IMG/VR virus record: IMGVR_UViG_3300034198_007771
Location: 767-64,766 of that record
DNA length: 64,000 nucleotides
Source of the DNA: a virus
Taxonomy: Duplodnaviria > Caudoviricetes
Reading direction: 5' to 3' (one strand)
Shown here: positions 35,070-43,583 of the stretch, in pieces
How positions within the stretch are numbered: position 1 is the first letter of the stretch
How the letters are laid out: the number at the start of each line of letters is the position of its first letter
Program-made: the position numbers and the translations under genes
Notes under the pieces: model-generated
The model's input: the letters and a program-made list of their open reading frames with translations, nothing else
Databases searched by the model: none
What the model was told of the DNA's origin: nothing

Positions 35070-35108
35070 TGGACAGGCCCCGCGGGGCCTGTCTTTCGTG
35101 TGTTCTGA
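35066..35108 (+). repeat. 5'-truncated hairpin unit R6 (no motif)
   Basis: GAT-GGACAGGCCC-CGCG-GGGCCTGTCT-TTCGTGTGTTC resembles the upper part and 3' arm of R3. Confidence 0.7.
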
Positions 35109-35132
35109 TATGTTTTGCAAAGGAGACCAACA

Positions 35133-35375
35133 ATGAAAACCTTGAACTGCCGCTACTGCGGAGGTGTACGGCCTGTCCATGAAGAAACAGGTCAATGCCA
35201 CGGCTGTGCGATGGACGTGGCTGAAGCCTCGACCAACGTCGTCAAGCCCGGCGAGAAGCGACCGTGCCCGATCTGTATGTCGGACATGGTTCACTGGTGT
35301 GAAGGATTTTCCCGGCTGAAGTGCATCCCATGTGGGACTGTATTTCGGCCAGAAGACGGAAGGGTGGTGCGGTAG
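35133..35375 (+). CDS. Double Zn-ribbon protein
   Basis: Four CxxC pairs. Confidence 0.8.
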   Translation: MKTLNCRYCGGVRPVHEETGQCHGCAMDVAEASTNVVKPGEKRPCPICMSDMVHWCEGFSRLKCIPCGTVFRPEDGRVVR

Positions 35376-35569
35376 TGCTCCTACTGACTGACCCAGCAGC
35401 CCGGCCGATCGTGGTCGGGCTGGCTTTGTTTTGCCTGATCGTCATCGGTATCTGGGCCGTCGTCGATCGATGGCTCATCCGGCTTGACAAGAACGACAGG
35501 GACTACATCGCTATCGAACTCAAACGTGCCCGAGAGGAGATGAAGAATGGCAAGTCGACTAGCGGCTGA
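35375..35569 (+). CDS. Small membrane protein
   Basis: One TM segment; coupled. Confidence 0.6.
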   Translation: MLLLTDPAARPIVVGLALFCLIVIGIWAVVDRWLIRLDKNDRDYIAIELKRAREEMKNGKSTSG

Positions 35570-35873
35570 CCCCCGCAGATGGACCAACTTCTGGTCAACC
35601 ATTGCAGCGGACGGGACACGCTACCGTCACCAGGTTAAACTGCACCGTCGGCTGCAAGTGTGGGAGGTCCGCACCGAGGTATGGCCGGACGATCAGGACC
35701 AGCCGTACTACACCCGGGACGTGCAAGTACCGGAAGACCACGGCAAACACTTGTTCGAACTCCGTAAGACCTGGACCAACGTTGATCCAGAAGACGGACC
35801 GATGTACCCGCCCGGCTACGAAGTGACGGGCTTTCTACGACTGAAAGGATCTGAACATGGACCAACCCCTTGA
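35547..35873 (+). CDS. Hypothetical protein
   Basis: GAGGAG RBS. Confidence 0.65.
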   Translation: MASRLAADPRRWTNFWSTIAADGTRYRHQVKLHRRLQVWEVRTEVWPDDQDQPYYTRDVQVPEDHGKHLFELRKTWTNVDPEDGPMYPPGYEVTGFLRLKGSEHGPTP

Positions 35874-36090
35874 CGACACAGGCTTCTGCCCGGCCCGATC
35901 GTGGCGGACCCGCATGGCTTCGGTCATGCGACAATTCGAACGCTTGGTGCAAGAGCCAGTCATGCGTGACGATCTGCCGGTCAACGTGATCGGCATCCAG
36001 TACTTCAACGGCAAGACACGTCTGACGGTATCACCTGTCGATGACTTCAAAGACGTGTTTGCCACGGACCTTGAGGAGGTATCGCCGTGA
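35857..36090 (+). CDS. Hypothetical protein
   Basis: Overlapping operon ORF. Confidence 0.6.
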   Translation: MDQPLDDTGFCPARSWRTRMASVMRQFERLVQEPVMRDDLPVNVIGIQYFNGKTRLTVSPVDDFKDVFATDLEEVSP

Positions 36091-36308
36091 TCCTCCAACT
36101 CAACCCGGCCCTACACGTCATGACTCCGAAGGGTGAAGCCTTTGCCCGACTGGTCATTGACTACGGGCCTGACGTGAACCCTGTGTTCGTTTGCGATCTA
36201 TTCCATGACCGGTCCTGCATCAACGTCGACAGCAACGAGATCCGCTTCGGTGGTAACGCCATGTACGACCTGCAGGACCCTGCCCCTTTCGAAGTGAGGA
36301 TGATATGA
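36087..36308 (+). CDS. Conserved small phage protein
   Basis: LQLNP...TPKG.A...IDYG motif. Confidence 0.8.
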   Translation: MILQLNPALHVMTPKGEAFARLVIDYGPDVNPVFVCDLFHDRSCINVDSNEIRFGGNAMYDLQDPAPFEVRMI

Positions 36309-36601
36309 AGAACCGTTGTGTGGAGGCGATGACCCGGTGCAACGTCGGGCCATGTGCCGTGCGAGTATGGACTGACCAGGGTAGTACCGAGGCACCACTG
36401 ATCGAACTTGTCGGGCCGGATCAGAACGTGCTTCGACGGCTCAAAGAGGTAGATGACACTTGGCAGACTGATGCCGAGCTTGACATCGGCGACGTGATGG
36501 AACTGATTCGTAATGCGTTGGAGTCACTGTCGAACGTGGCCGCGTACGAAATTCTTTCAGCACAGCAGCATGGCGTTGTTGTGTATCCGGATTGGAAGTG
36601 A
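36305..36601 (+). CDS. Hypothetical protein
   Basis: ORF ending at terminator. Confidence 0.7.
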   Translation: MKNRCVEAMTRCNVGPCAVRVWTDQGSTEAPLIELVGPDQNVLRRLKEVDDTWQTDAELDIGDVMELIRNALESLSNVAAYEILSAQQHGVVVYPDWK

Positions 36602-36609
36602 TCCGAAGT

Positions 36610-36644
36610 CCCGCCCGGCTTTCCGACCGGGCGGGTTTTCTTTT
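36610..36644 (+). terminator. Rho-independent terminator of rightward early unit
   Basis: CCCGCCCGG-loop-CCGGGCGGG-TTTTCTTTT. Confidence 0.85.
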
Positions 36645-36802
36645 GGAGGTGTGAGATGAACGATGGCAAGACAACATTTTACGTTCGGATAACGCCGAAT
36701 AGTAAAAGCTGGATCAAAATCTTTGCTGTGGACGAGGCTTCTGCCCGTCGTGAGTGCCGAGAGAGTGGCTGGACTGTTCACGAGATCCGCACGGATAAGC
36801 CA

Positions 36803-38254
36803 TCACTTCTTCCCTAACTTCTGCCGGGCATAGTCCCGCAGAACATCCAGAAGTTTAGTCTGCACGTCGTCCATGTCATCGAGGCGTGCCCAGACAATCT
36901 CGTCGATCGTATCACGGCAGCACAGTTCGTGGATCGTGACAGCGGAGCCAACGCCCTGCCGGTGAATACGGGCGTTGAACTGGATGAAGATGTCCAGTGA
37001 ATCCGTCGGGCCATACCAGGCAATGTCACGCCCCGGGCCGTGCTGCATGTTGATACCATAGCTCAGGGCCTGCGGCTGCACGGCCAAGTGCGTGCCCTCC
37101 AGAGTCCCGTCGTTCCACTGGTCAACGATACGGCTAACGTCTGACTCTTTCATCCCGCCCTTGATGAACTGCAGGCCTGGGATAGCTTTCCTCAGCCGCT
37201 CAAGGTCATGCCCGAACTGGTAAGCAATCAGCAGCGGCTTGCCCTGCAGACTCTCGATCAGTTCCTGAATGGCATCGGTCTTTGCTTCATGCAGTTCATG
37301 CGACTGGTGCTGCTGGTCATAGATCCCACCGTTGCTGATCTGTCGGCAGTAGTTGTACTTGGCGCCAGCGTTGACAGCCTCGCGACCATCGCCGTTAGCC
37401 AAGGCCACGAACATCTGCTTCTCCATATCTTCGTACTCTGCCCGAGCTTTAGAAGGCAGTTCGCAGTAGACTCGGTTGTGCGTCACCTCTGGTATGGATA
37501 AGTAGTCTTTGGCATCAAGACGCAGAGCCAGATGGGCGATATCATTGTGGACCGTGTCAGACATCTCTGACCTGACCACGAAGTTGTTCTGCTCCCGCTG
37601 CCCGACCTGTATGCAGTACTTCTCCCTGAACCGGGTGATGTTGTCGCCAAGGGCCTTGCCTTCGTCGAGCAGCCATACCTGTGGGAACAGGTCAGCTAAG
37701 TTCTTCGGGGCTGGAGTACCCGTCAGGATCACACGGTATGGAATGCGGGAGATCAACTTCCGTACTGCCTTTGACCGGGCACTGGACCATGTCTTGAAGC
37801 TGGTGCTCTCATCGATGATGATACCCTGCCAAGGCAGGTGCTTCCGTCCTTCGCACTGTTTAGCCAGCCAGACCATTGCATCACGGTTAATGATGTGCAG
37901 GTTGGTCTGCATGGCCAAGGCTTTACGTCGCTTCTCTGGCGAACCGTGGGCGATGCTGTAGCTGATGCCGCGGAAGTTCTGCCAGCCAGCGATTTCGTAC
38001 GGCCATACCTGGTAGACCACACGCAGCGGGGCCACGACCAGAAAGCGGTTGGCGAGGCCGAAGTCCTTCATCTGCTTGACCCACTCAAGGGAAATGCTAC
38101 TTTTTCCGAGGCCAGGGTCCAAAAATAGTGCGGCACCGCCCCGTCCTTCCGGGTTCAAGCTCGTGCGTTCATGTAGGAACTGCACTGCCGAAGTCTGGTA
38201 CGTGTGCGGAGTCCATATCTTTGGTGCCCGGATGTCAGCCCCGTGTCGCATCAA
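36803..38254 (-). CDS. SNF2-like SF2 helicase
   Basis: DPGLGKS, IIDES, LTGTP, GINMQ, QFNARIHRQG. Confidence 0.92.
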   Translation of the reverse strand: MMRHGADIRAPKIWTPHTYQTSAVQFLHERTSLNPEGRGGAALFLDPGLGKSSISLEWVKQMKDFGLANRFLVVAPLRVVYQVWPYEIAGWQNFRGISYSIAHGSPEKRRKALAMQTNLHIINRDAMVWLAKQCEGRKHLPWQGIIIDESTSFKTWSSARSKAVRKLISRIPYRVILTGTPAPKNLADLFPQVWLLDEGKALGDNITRFREKYCIQVGQREQNNFVVRSEMSDTVHNDIAHLALRLDAKDYLSIPEVTHNRVYCELPSKARAEYEDMEKQMFVALANGDGREAVNAGAKYNYCRQISNGGIYDQQHQSHELHEAKTDAIQELIESLQGKPLLIAYQFGHDLERLRKAIPGLQFIKGGMKESDVSRIVDQWNDGTLEGTHLAVQPQALSYGINMQHGPGRDIAWYGPTDSLDIFIQFNARIHRQGVGSAVTIHELCCRDTIDEIVWARLDDMDDVQTKLLDVLRDYARQKLGKK

Positions 38255-38531
38255 TCAACCCCTTGATAAACTCTTTCGCCTCGTTCGCATCGCTTGTCAC
38301 AAGGACCGGCACGTCAAGCCTTCGCAGTGCAGCGATACGCTGGTCCTGCACGGGTGAGGTCTTGCCCTTGTCGGACTTGAACTCCACGCATGCCAGCCTC
38401 CCACCAGGTAGGATAACAGTCCTGTCCGGGAAACCAGCCACGGCAAGGGCCGACAGCTTCAGACAGAACAGCCCGCTCTCCCGGCACCACTTGGCGAAGT
38501 TATTTTCTACTCGGGTTTCAGGTCTGGCCAT
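38235..38531 (-). CDS. VRR-NUC nuclease
   Basis: E..VE, GFPDR, VEFK, Q motif. Confidence 0.9.
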   Translation of the reverse strand: MARPETRVENNFAKWCRESGLFCLKLSALAVAGFPDRTVILPGGRLACVEFKSDKGKTSPVQDQRIAALRRLDVPVLVTSDANEAKEFIKGLIDATRG

Positions 38532-40660
38532 TACTTCCCGTACCTCCTCGACTTGCCACTCTCACACTCGACCGGCAGGTCCGATGCCCATGCCGGTCTT
38601 GCCTTCATCAGTTCGTGGAACCGGTCCAGCGAACTGCCCTCTGGTGCCATCGCGACCGCCTCATCGTGGATCGATAGCAGCACAGGATAACCTGCTGCTT
38701 CGAGTCTGTGAAGGGCTGCCTGTAGAAGGCAGGCTGCCACACCTTGGCAGATCGACTCCACGAGGGACCCGCCATACGTCGAACGCCTGCACCACTGCTT
38801 AGTCTTACTATCGATTCCCATGTATGAGATTTCAAGCCGGGTCTTACCTTCACGCCAGCGGTCAGCCACTCGCCCAACCTTTGGTTCACGCATCCAGATC
38901 GGCCGACCGCTGGGTAGTATGATCCAGCCCCATTCACCGTTGCACCCAAAGACAACCTTGCCGACACGGATCTGGGTCTTGCCTTGGATAGCATCGTTGA
39001 ACGCCTTCTCACATTCGGACCAGAACTTCGGTACCTCTGGGTATGTCTCTCGGTACAGCTTAACGATCTCTTTCGAACGGTCTGGGTCCAGCGTGATGTT
39101 GTAGGGTGGGGCTCCTGCCGTGTCGGTAAACTTCGCATGGCCCATGCCGTAGCCCAGCCCGAGTACAGCCACCTTACCTAGCTGTCTCTCCTGAGATCCT
39201 TTAGCGATCGTGTCCGGCCGTACGTTGTACACACGACTGGCGAACTGGCGGTACGGGCATGACCCAGTACTGAATGCTTCGTTAAGCAAGCGGCAGTTTG
39301 CCACCCAGGCAAGGATACGAGTCTCGATGTTCGAGAAGTCCGAGATGTAGAGTTCATGCCCGGGGTCAGCCACGATGAAGGAACGCAGGGCAGAACTCAC
39401 CACGTCGGGGATGGACACGCCGCCAACGTCTTTGCCTGCGTCGAATCGTGCCGACATATCGGCAAACGACTCGCCGTTCTTCAACCCAACCACGTACCTC
39501 GCACGAACCTGCTCGAAGGGCTCCGGCATTCGTAGTAACCCGTGGAACTCTTCAGCCTCTTCCGCGTCCATGCAGTCCCGCGGGAAGTTCTGGGGCTGCA
39601 TGCCACGCCCGGCTTTGCGGCCTGTCGCCGCACCATGCCAAGCCAAGCTGTCCCGGATACGACCATCGGCGTCAGTCAGGCACAGCATCGTGTCGAGCTT
39701 GCCGAGGCTGGACTTACCTGCTTCCTGCACGATGGTGAGTACCTCACGGACAGGACCCGGTAGACTGGTCGACTCCAGTGCATCGGCTACTGACTCCTTG
39801 TTCGTGCTGGCCATTGTCCAGCCAGCCAGTTCACACCAGTCGAGGATCTTCTTACGCTGACTGACCGCTGTGACCATGCCGCCCGGGAAAGCGGGGGTCT
39901 TGGTGATGTCTCTCAGCCGCTGGTTGAACTCGGCGAGGCTCTGCTCGACAACTTGGTTGGCTGTGAACAGGGCAGGCCAGTCGACAGGTACACCGCGGTC
40001 ATTGACCATCTCGTCGAACCGCCACTCAGCATCACGCTCTGGGGGCAACGGGCCTAGCTTCAGGAACACCTGCTCTTGGACAGTCAAGTCCTGCTCGCAG
40101 TACACGTACACCCGGGTCAGACGTTCTTCGTCCTCGTACCACAGGGCTGGCATATCAGCCGGGTCTTTGCCGTCCTTGACCCACTTGGCGATCTCCGCTT
40201 TGCGTGGCTTACGAGGCTTGCTGCACTGCAGCATGACCCGGTTACCTGCCATGTCCTTCTGTGCGTCGAGGCCCAACGCCTTGGCCGCTTCGACCAGCCG
40301 TGCAGGTATGGCGTAGTACCGACAGATCGCTGCTGTGTCGACCCACTGAGGGTCCGGTATCTCCGGCCAACCCCACCGCTCGACGCAGATGTGCTTGTAC
40401 ATCCGCTTCTCGAACGACAGGTTGTGGACCACGATCGGTAACTTGTTCTCGATGGCGTGCATGAGTTCTATCGGCCGAACTGACCCGTCAAGCGTGGGTC
40501 TGCCCTTCAATGGCCGGGCTGTAACGGCCGGGCCGTCGTCGAACTTCAGGCCGATACAAAGTATGTCGGTCGATGGGTGCGAAGCGTAGTGCGTCGTGCT
40601 GTATGTCTTCAGACAGACTTCACTACGAGACTCCAGATCGAGGGTGAGGAACTTAGGCAT
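38531..40660 (-). CDS. polA: Family A DNA polymerase with 3'-5' exonuclease (Leu at the 762-equivalent position)
   Basis: DLE and HNLSFE exo motifs; DFSNIE, RQLGKVAVLGLGYG, IHDE. Confidence 0.93.
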   Translation of the reverse strand: MPKFLTLDLESRSEVCLKTYSTTHYASHPSTDILCIGLKFDDGPAVTARPLKGRPTLDGSVRPIELMHAIENKLPIVVHNLSFEKRMYKHICVERWGWPEIPDPQWVDTAAICRYYAIPARLVEAAKALGLDAQKDMAGNRVMLQCSKPRKPRKAEIAKWVKDGKDPADMPALWYEDEERLTRVYVYCEQDLTVQEQVFLKLGPLPPERDAEWRFDEMVNDRGVPVDWPALFTANQVVEQSLAEFNQRLRDITKTPAFPGGMVTAVSQRKKILDWCELAGWTMASTNKESVADALESTSLPGPVREVLTIVQEAGKSSLGKLDTMLCLTDADGRIRDSLAWHGAATGRKAGRGMQPQNFPRDCMDAEEAEEFHGLLRMPEPFEQVRARYVVGLKNGESFADMSARFDAGKDVGGVSIPDVVSSALRSFIVADPGHELYISDFSNIETRILAWVANCRLLNEAFSTGSCPYRQFASRVYNVRPDTIAKGSQERQLGKVAVLGLGYGMGHAKFTDTAGAPPYNITLDPDRSKEIVKLYRETYPEVPKFWSECEKAFNDAIQGKTQIRVGKVVFGCNGEWGWIILPSGRPIWMREPKVGRVADRWREGKTRLEISYMGIDSKTKQWCRRSTYGGSLVESICQGVAACLLQAALHRLEAAGYPVLLSIHDEAVAMAPEGSSLDRFHELMKARPAWASDLPVECESGKSRRYGK

Positions 40661-40673
40661 GTCTTACTCCATG

Positions 40674-40703
40674 AAAATGGCCGGGGCTGTTCGGCCCCGG
40701 CCA
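40674..40703 (-). terminator. Terminator/attenuator hairpin between SSB and polA
   Basis: TGGCCGGGGC/GCCCCGGCCA stem followed by TTTT. Confidence 0.6.
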
Positions 40704-40816
40704 AGCGTCCATTTAGTGTCGCACTCAGATACCGGCACTCGCTGTGGGCGTTCCGGCTTTCTGTTTCGGCTGGTCCACGACTTCTGACACCTACCGACGC
40801 TAGGAAGTGGTTCAAA

Positions 40817-41644
40817 CTACTGCTGTGGATACCCCGGCATCGGAGGCATCGCGTAGCCCTGTGGCGGTGCAACGTGCTGCTGGACATACCCCGGATGCGG
40901 TGTCGTTGGGAAACCCTGTTGTCCCGGGATACCGAAGTGCTGCTGTGGCGGTGCCGCGTACTGCTGCTGCGGTGGTATAGCGAAGCCCGGCTGGGCCGGT
41001 GGTGCGAACACAGCCGGGGTCTGGGGCAGTGACGCCAGTACCTCAGCGAAGTCGTCGGCACCACTGCGTACAGGGGCCAGACGCTCACCGTCTGCAGACT
41101 TGAGCACTGAGTTCAGGTAGAACTTGACGCCACGGTTACCGCCCTTGTCGTACGTTCCGCAGTTGATGCTTACATACACGATCGCTCCTGCGTAGAACGA
41201 TTCGGGGTCCATGCACGGCTGCGGTGGGTTGCCGACCAGCACCTTCGGTGGTCGTTCAGCACTGCTGCTGGCCTTGAAGAAGAAGCCCGGCTCTTTCGAG
41301 TCGTTCTTCTCTGCCAAGCTACGAATCGGAGACCGAGACAGCTTCTCGATCGGAAGCCGGAACACCGACATGGCTACCGTGTTGGCCACGGTGTACAGCT
41401 TCTGATAGATCGCCTGCATGGCCGGGTTTGACTGGTACACAAGGAACTCAGCACTGTACTCAAGCGGGTTAGTCTTGTCCCCCATCTTGTGCTGCGGTGT
41501 GAACAGCTTTGGGTACGACAACACGCACGGCCCGACCACTACGCGAGTGTCCTGCTGTGGGGTGTCCTGTGGTGCCGGTGCTGGAGAATGACTCTGCACT
41601 GGCAATGCTCCGGTAACGCCTGGTGGCGGTCCAAAATTACTCAT
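40817..41644 (-). CDS. ssDNA-binding protein (DUF2815 / gp2.5-like) with Pro/Gln-rich tails
   Basis: LSYPKLF, FYAG, GNRGVKFYLNSV..DGERL, ADDF. Confidence 0.88.
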   Translation of the reverse strand: MSNFGPPPGVTGALPVQSHSPAPAPQDTPQQDTRVVVGPCVLSYPKLFTPQHKMGDKTNPLEYSAEFLVYQSNPAMQAIYQKLYTVANTVAMSVFRLPIEKLSRSPIRSLAEKNDSKEPGFFFKASSSAERPPKVLVGNPPQPCMDPESFYAGAIVYVSINCGTYDKGGNRGVKFYLNSVLKSADGERLAPVRSGADDFAEVLASLPQTPAVFAPPAQPGFAIPPQQQYAAPPQQHFGIPGQQGFPTTPHPGYVQQHVAPPQGYAMPPMPGYPQQ

Positions 41645-42857
41645 CTGAATGGTCCTCCAAAGTCTTGATAAATTCCGCTGCGGCATCAGGCAGGATCTCC
41701 TGACCGCGTGCCCTCTCACTCACCAGCTTAACCCCTGTTACCACGCTGGTAACGAGCTTGTCAAACTGATCCTTCACATCGTTGTAGTTGCCACGCTCTT
41801 TCAGGATCGCTTCGACCTGAGCAGGCGAGACCAACTTCTTGACGTAGATATCCTTAGCTGACAGGCCCAGCTTAGCCCGAGGCAGCTTTTTGGCGAGCTT
41901 CTCCTCGTCAGTCTCGATGAACTTACGATTACCGAACTTAGCGACCAGCTTACGACCGGGGATCTTCTCCCCGTACATCGCCCGTGTTGACAGGGCTTTT
42001 GTCACGTCCTTCATGAACTCGCTGATCACATCGAACCGCTCAACCCAGTAGACCAGTTGGTCCGTTGGGATGTCTGCCACAGGACTAGCGATGACTTGCT
42101 TGTCCGGTCCTGTAAACGTAGCAACCTCGGCGAACTCTGACACCATCGCAAGCCGGGCTGTACACCCTTCACGACGGCGGCAGTACTTACACCACTCGCC
42201 CGCTTTCAAGGCGTCCGGTTTCGGTACCGTCATGTCCGGGTTCTGCTTGATGAACGCGGCCACGGTACACACGTCGTTCCAAACCTTGTTCAGTTCTTCA
42301 CTACCGGGCTCGTGCCGGTCCACGCTCGGGTTACACCGTGGCTGGACAATGACCTGCACAATGCGTTTGAAGTTCCGCATGAGCATGCCAAGGGCCAGCA
42401 GAGAGTACGCTGTCAACTGTGGCGAGTTAGCATAGACGGCCCGATGCCCGAACTTGAGGTCCATGACAATGAGCGTGTCTTCCCCGGCGATGATGCAGTC
42501 CGATGTACCGCCAAACAGTTCGTCTGGGAAACTGTTATGAACAAGGTACTGTTCAGATTGGACTGCCGTTGCGGGTATGTTGAACTCAGCACACAGTTGA
42601 CGAGTCGTGTCCATAAACAGTTCCACTCCCTCGACCATCTCGATCGTGATAGGGAACTGCTCGCTAAACGCGGTACTGCCGAGATGGTTCCTCGGATCGT
42701 CCCCGAACTTCAGGCACCACTCCAGCAGGGCATGACACGTCGTGCCCTCTGCTGCAGCGGCTGACCCTTCGTCTGGAACGTACGGCCCGTAGAGCGAGCC
42801 CACGCAGTTGGAGATACGGTTGAGAGACGATGGTGAGATGATGTGGTGTTTACCCAT
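41637..42857 (-). CDS. DUF2800 PD-(D/E)xK exonuclease
   Basis: H..SPSS, EGT..H, GTSD, DLKFG, QL..Y, CKYC. Confidence 0.9.
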   Translation of the reverse strand: MGKHHIISPSSLNRISNCVGSLYGPYVPDEGSAAAAEGTTCHALLEWCLKFGDDPRNHLGSTAFSEQFPITIEMVEGVELFMDTTRQLCAEFNIPATAVQSEQYLVHNSFPDELFGGTSDCIIAGEDTLIVMDLKFGHRAVYANSPQLTAYSLLALGMLMRNFKRIVQVIVQPRCNPSVDRHEPGSEELNKVWNDVCTVAAFIKQNPDMTVPKPDALKAGEWCKYCRRREGCTARLAMVSEFAEVATFTGPDKQVIASPVADIPTDQLVYWVERFDVISEFMKDVTKALSTRAMYGEKIPGRKLVAKFGNRKFIETDEEKLAKKLPRAKLGLSAKDIYVKKLVSPAQVEAILKERGNYNDVKDQFDKLVTSVVTGVKLVSERARGQEILPDAAAEFIKTLEDHSDE

Positions 42858-43507
42858 CACGCACCTCCCAGTTCTCGCAATGCCTGGTAGAACGTACCGG
42901 CATTGGCGTCTGACAGGTTCGGCATAGAGCCTACGCCTGACTTAGCCAAGGCCGCATTGACGATCGCCTGGCCCTGCCCGTCCGGACGGTTGTACGCACG
43001 AATGGCTGCAGCCTGGGCCACTGCCTTATTCGCGTCAGGTACGATCTGCTGAACGATCGGGCCTTGCGTCACGACGGGTGTGACATTCACCGGCGTGTTG
43101 CTGAACTGGGGAATGTTCGGCACGTTCGACGGCGGTGCGATTGGTACTGGTCGGCCGGTCGTTACGTCAACAGCAGAGTTCATCTGTGTTGGATGGCCCA
43201 TGTCAGGCCGGAACAATTGCGTGTTACCGACGATCTGGGGCTGCTTCGTTTGAACTGGTGGGGCGGGTTGAGCAGTTACGGGTACAGCCTGTGTTGTTAC
43301 CGTGCCATCTGCCGCAGTTGTCGTGAACGACCCGGTTGGTAGTTGTTGCGGTACGGAGTACGGTCCCGGCACAACGGTAACCGGGGGCTGCTGCACAACC
43401 TGCGTAGGCGTACTGACTGGTAGATTCAATGCCGATTGAATCTTCTGCCGCGTCTCAAGCGGCAGTGAGCCAAGCTCCTCCAGTCCCAGAGAGATAGTGA
43501 TCTGCAT
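42857..43507 (-). CDS. Pro/Thr/Gln-rich protein heading the replication operon
   Basis: GGAGGTG RBS; low-complexity centre, small helical C-domain. Confidence 0.75.
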   Translation of the reverse strand: MQITISLGLEELGSLPLETRQKIQSALNLPVSTPTQVVQQPPVTVVPGPYSVPQQLPTGSFTTTAADGTVTTQAVPVTAQPAPPVQTKQPQIVGNTQLFRPDMGHPTQMNSAVDVTTGRPVPIAPPSNVPNIPQFSNTPVNVTPVVTQGPIVQQIVPDANKAVAQAAAIRAYNRPDGQGQAIVNAALAKSGVGSMPNLSDANAGTFYQALRELGGA

Positions 43508-43536
43508 AAGCACCTCCTGCTTAAAGGGACGGAGGT

Positions 43537-43564
43537 ACTTTAACCGGCGTGTAAATCCAGTCAA
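43537..43564 (-). promoter_or_regulatory. Sigma70-like promoter of replication operon
   Basis: TTGACT-16-TAAAGT in intergenic gap. Confidence 0.5.
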
Positions 43565-43583
43565 CAGGGCTCTGTAAGTTTTC

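Noticed and set aside
41637-42857. Cas4 / CRISPR adaptation gene
   Set aside because: Standard DUF2800 nuclease in the usual DUF2800-SSB-PolA-VRR-NUC-SNF2 phage operon
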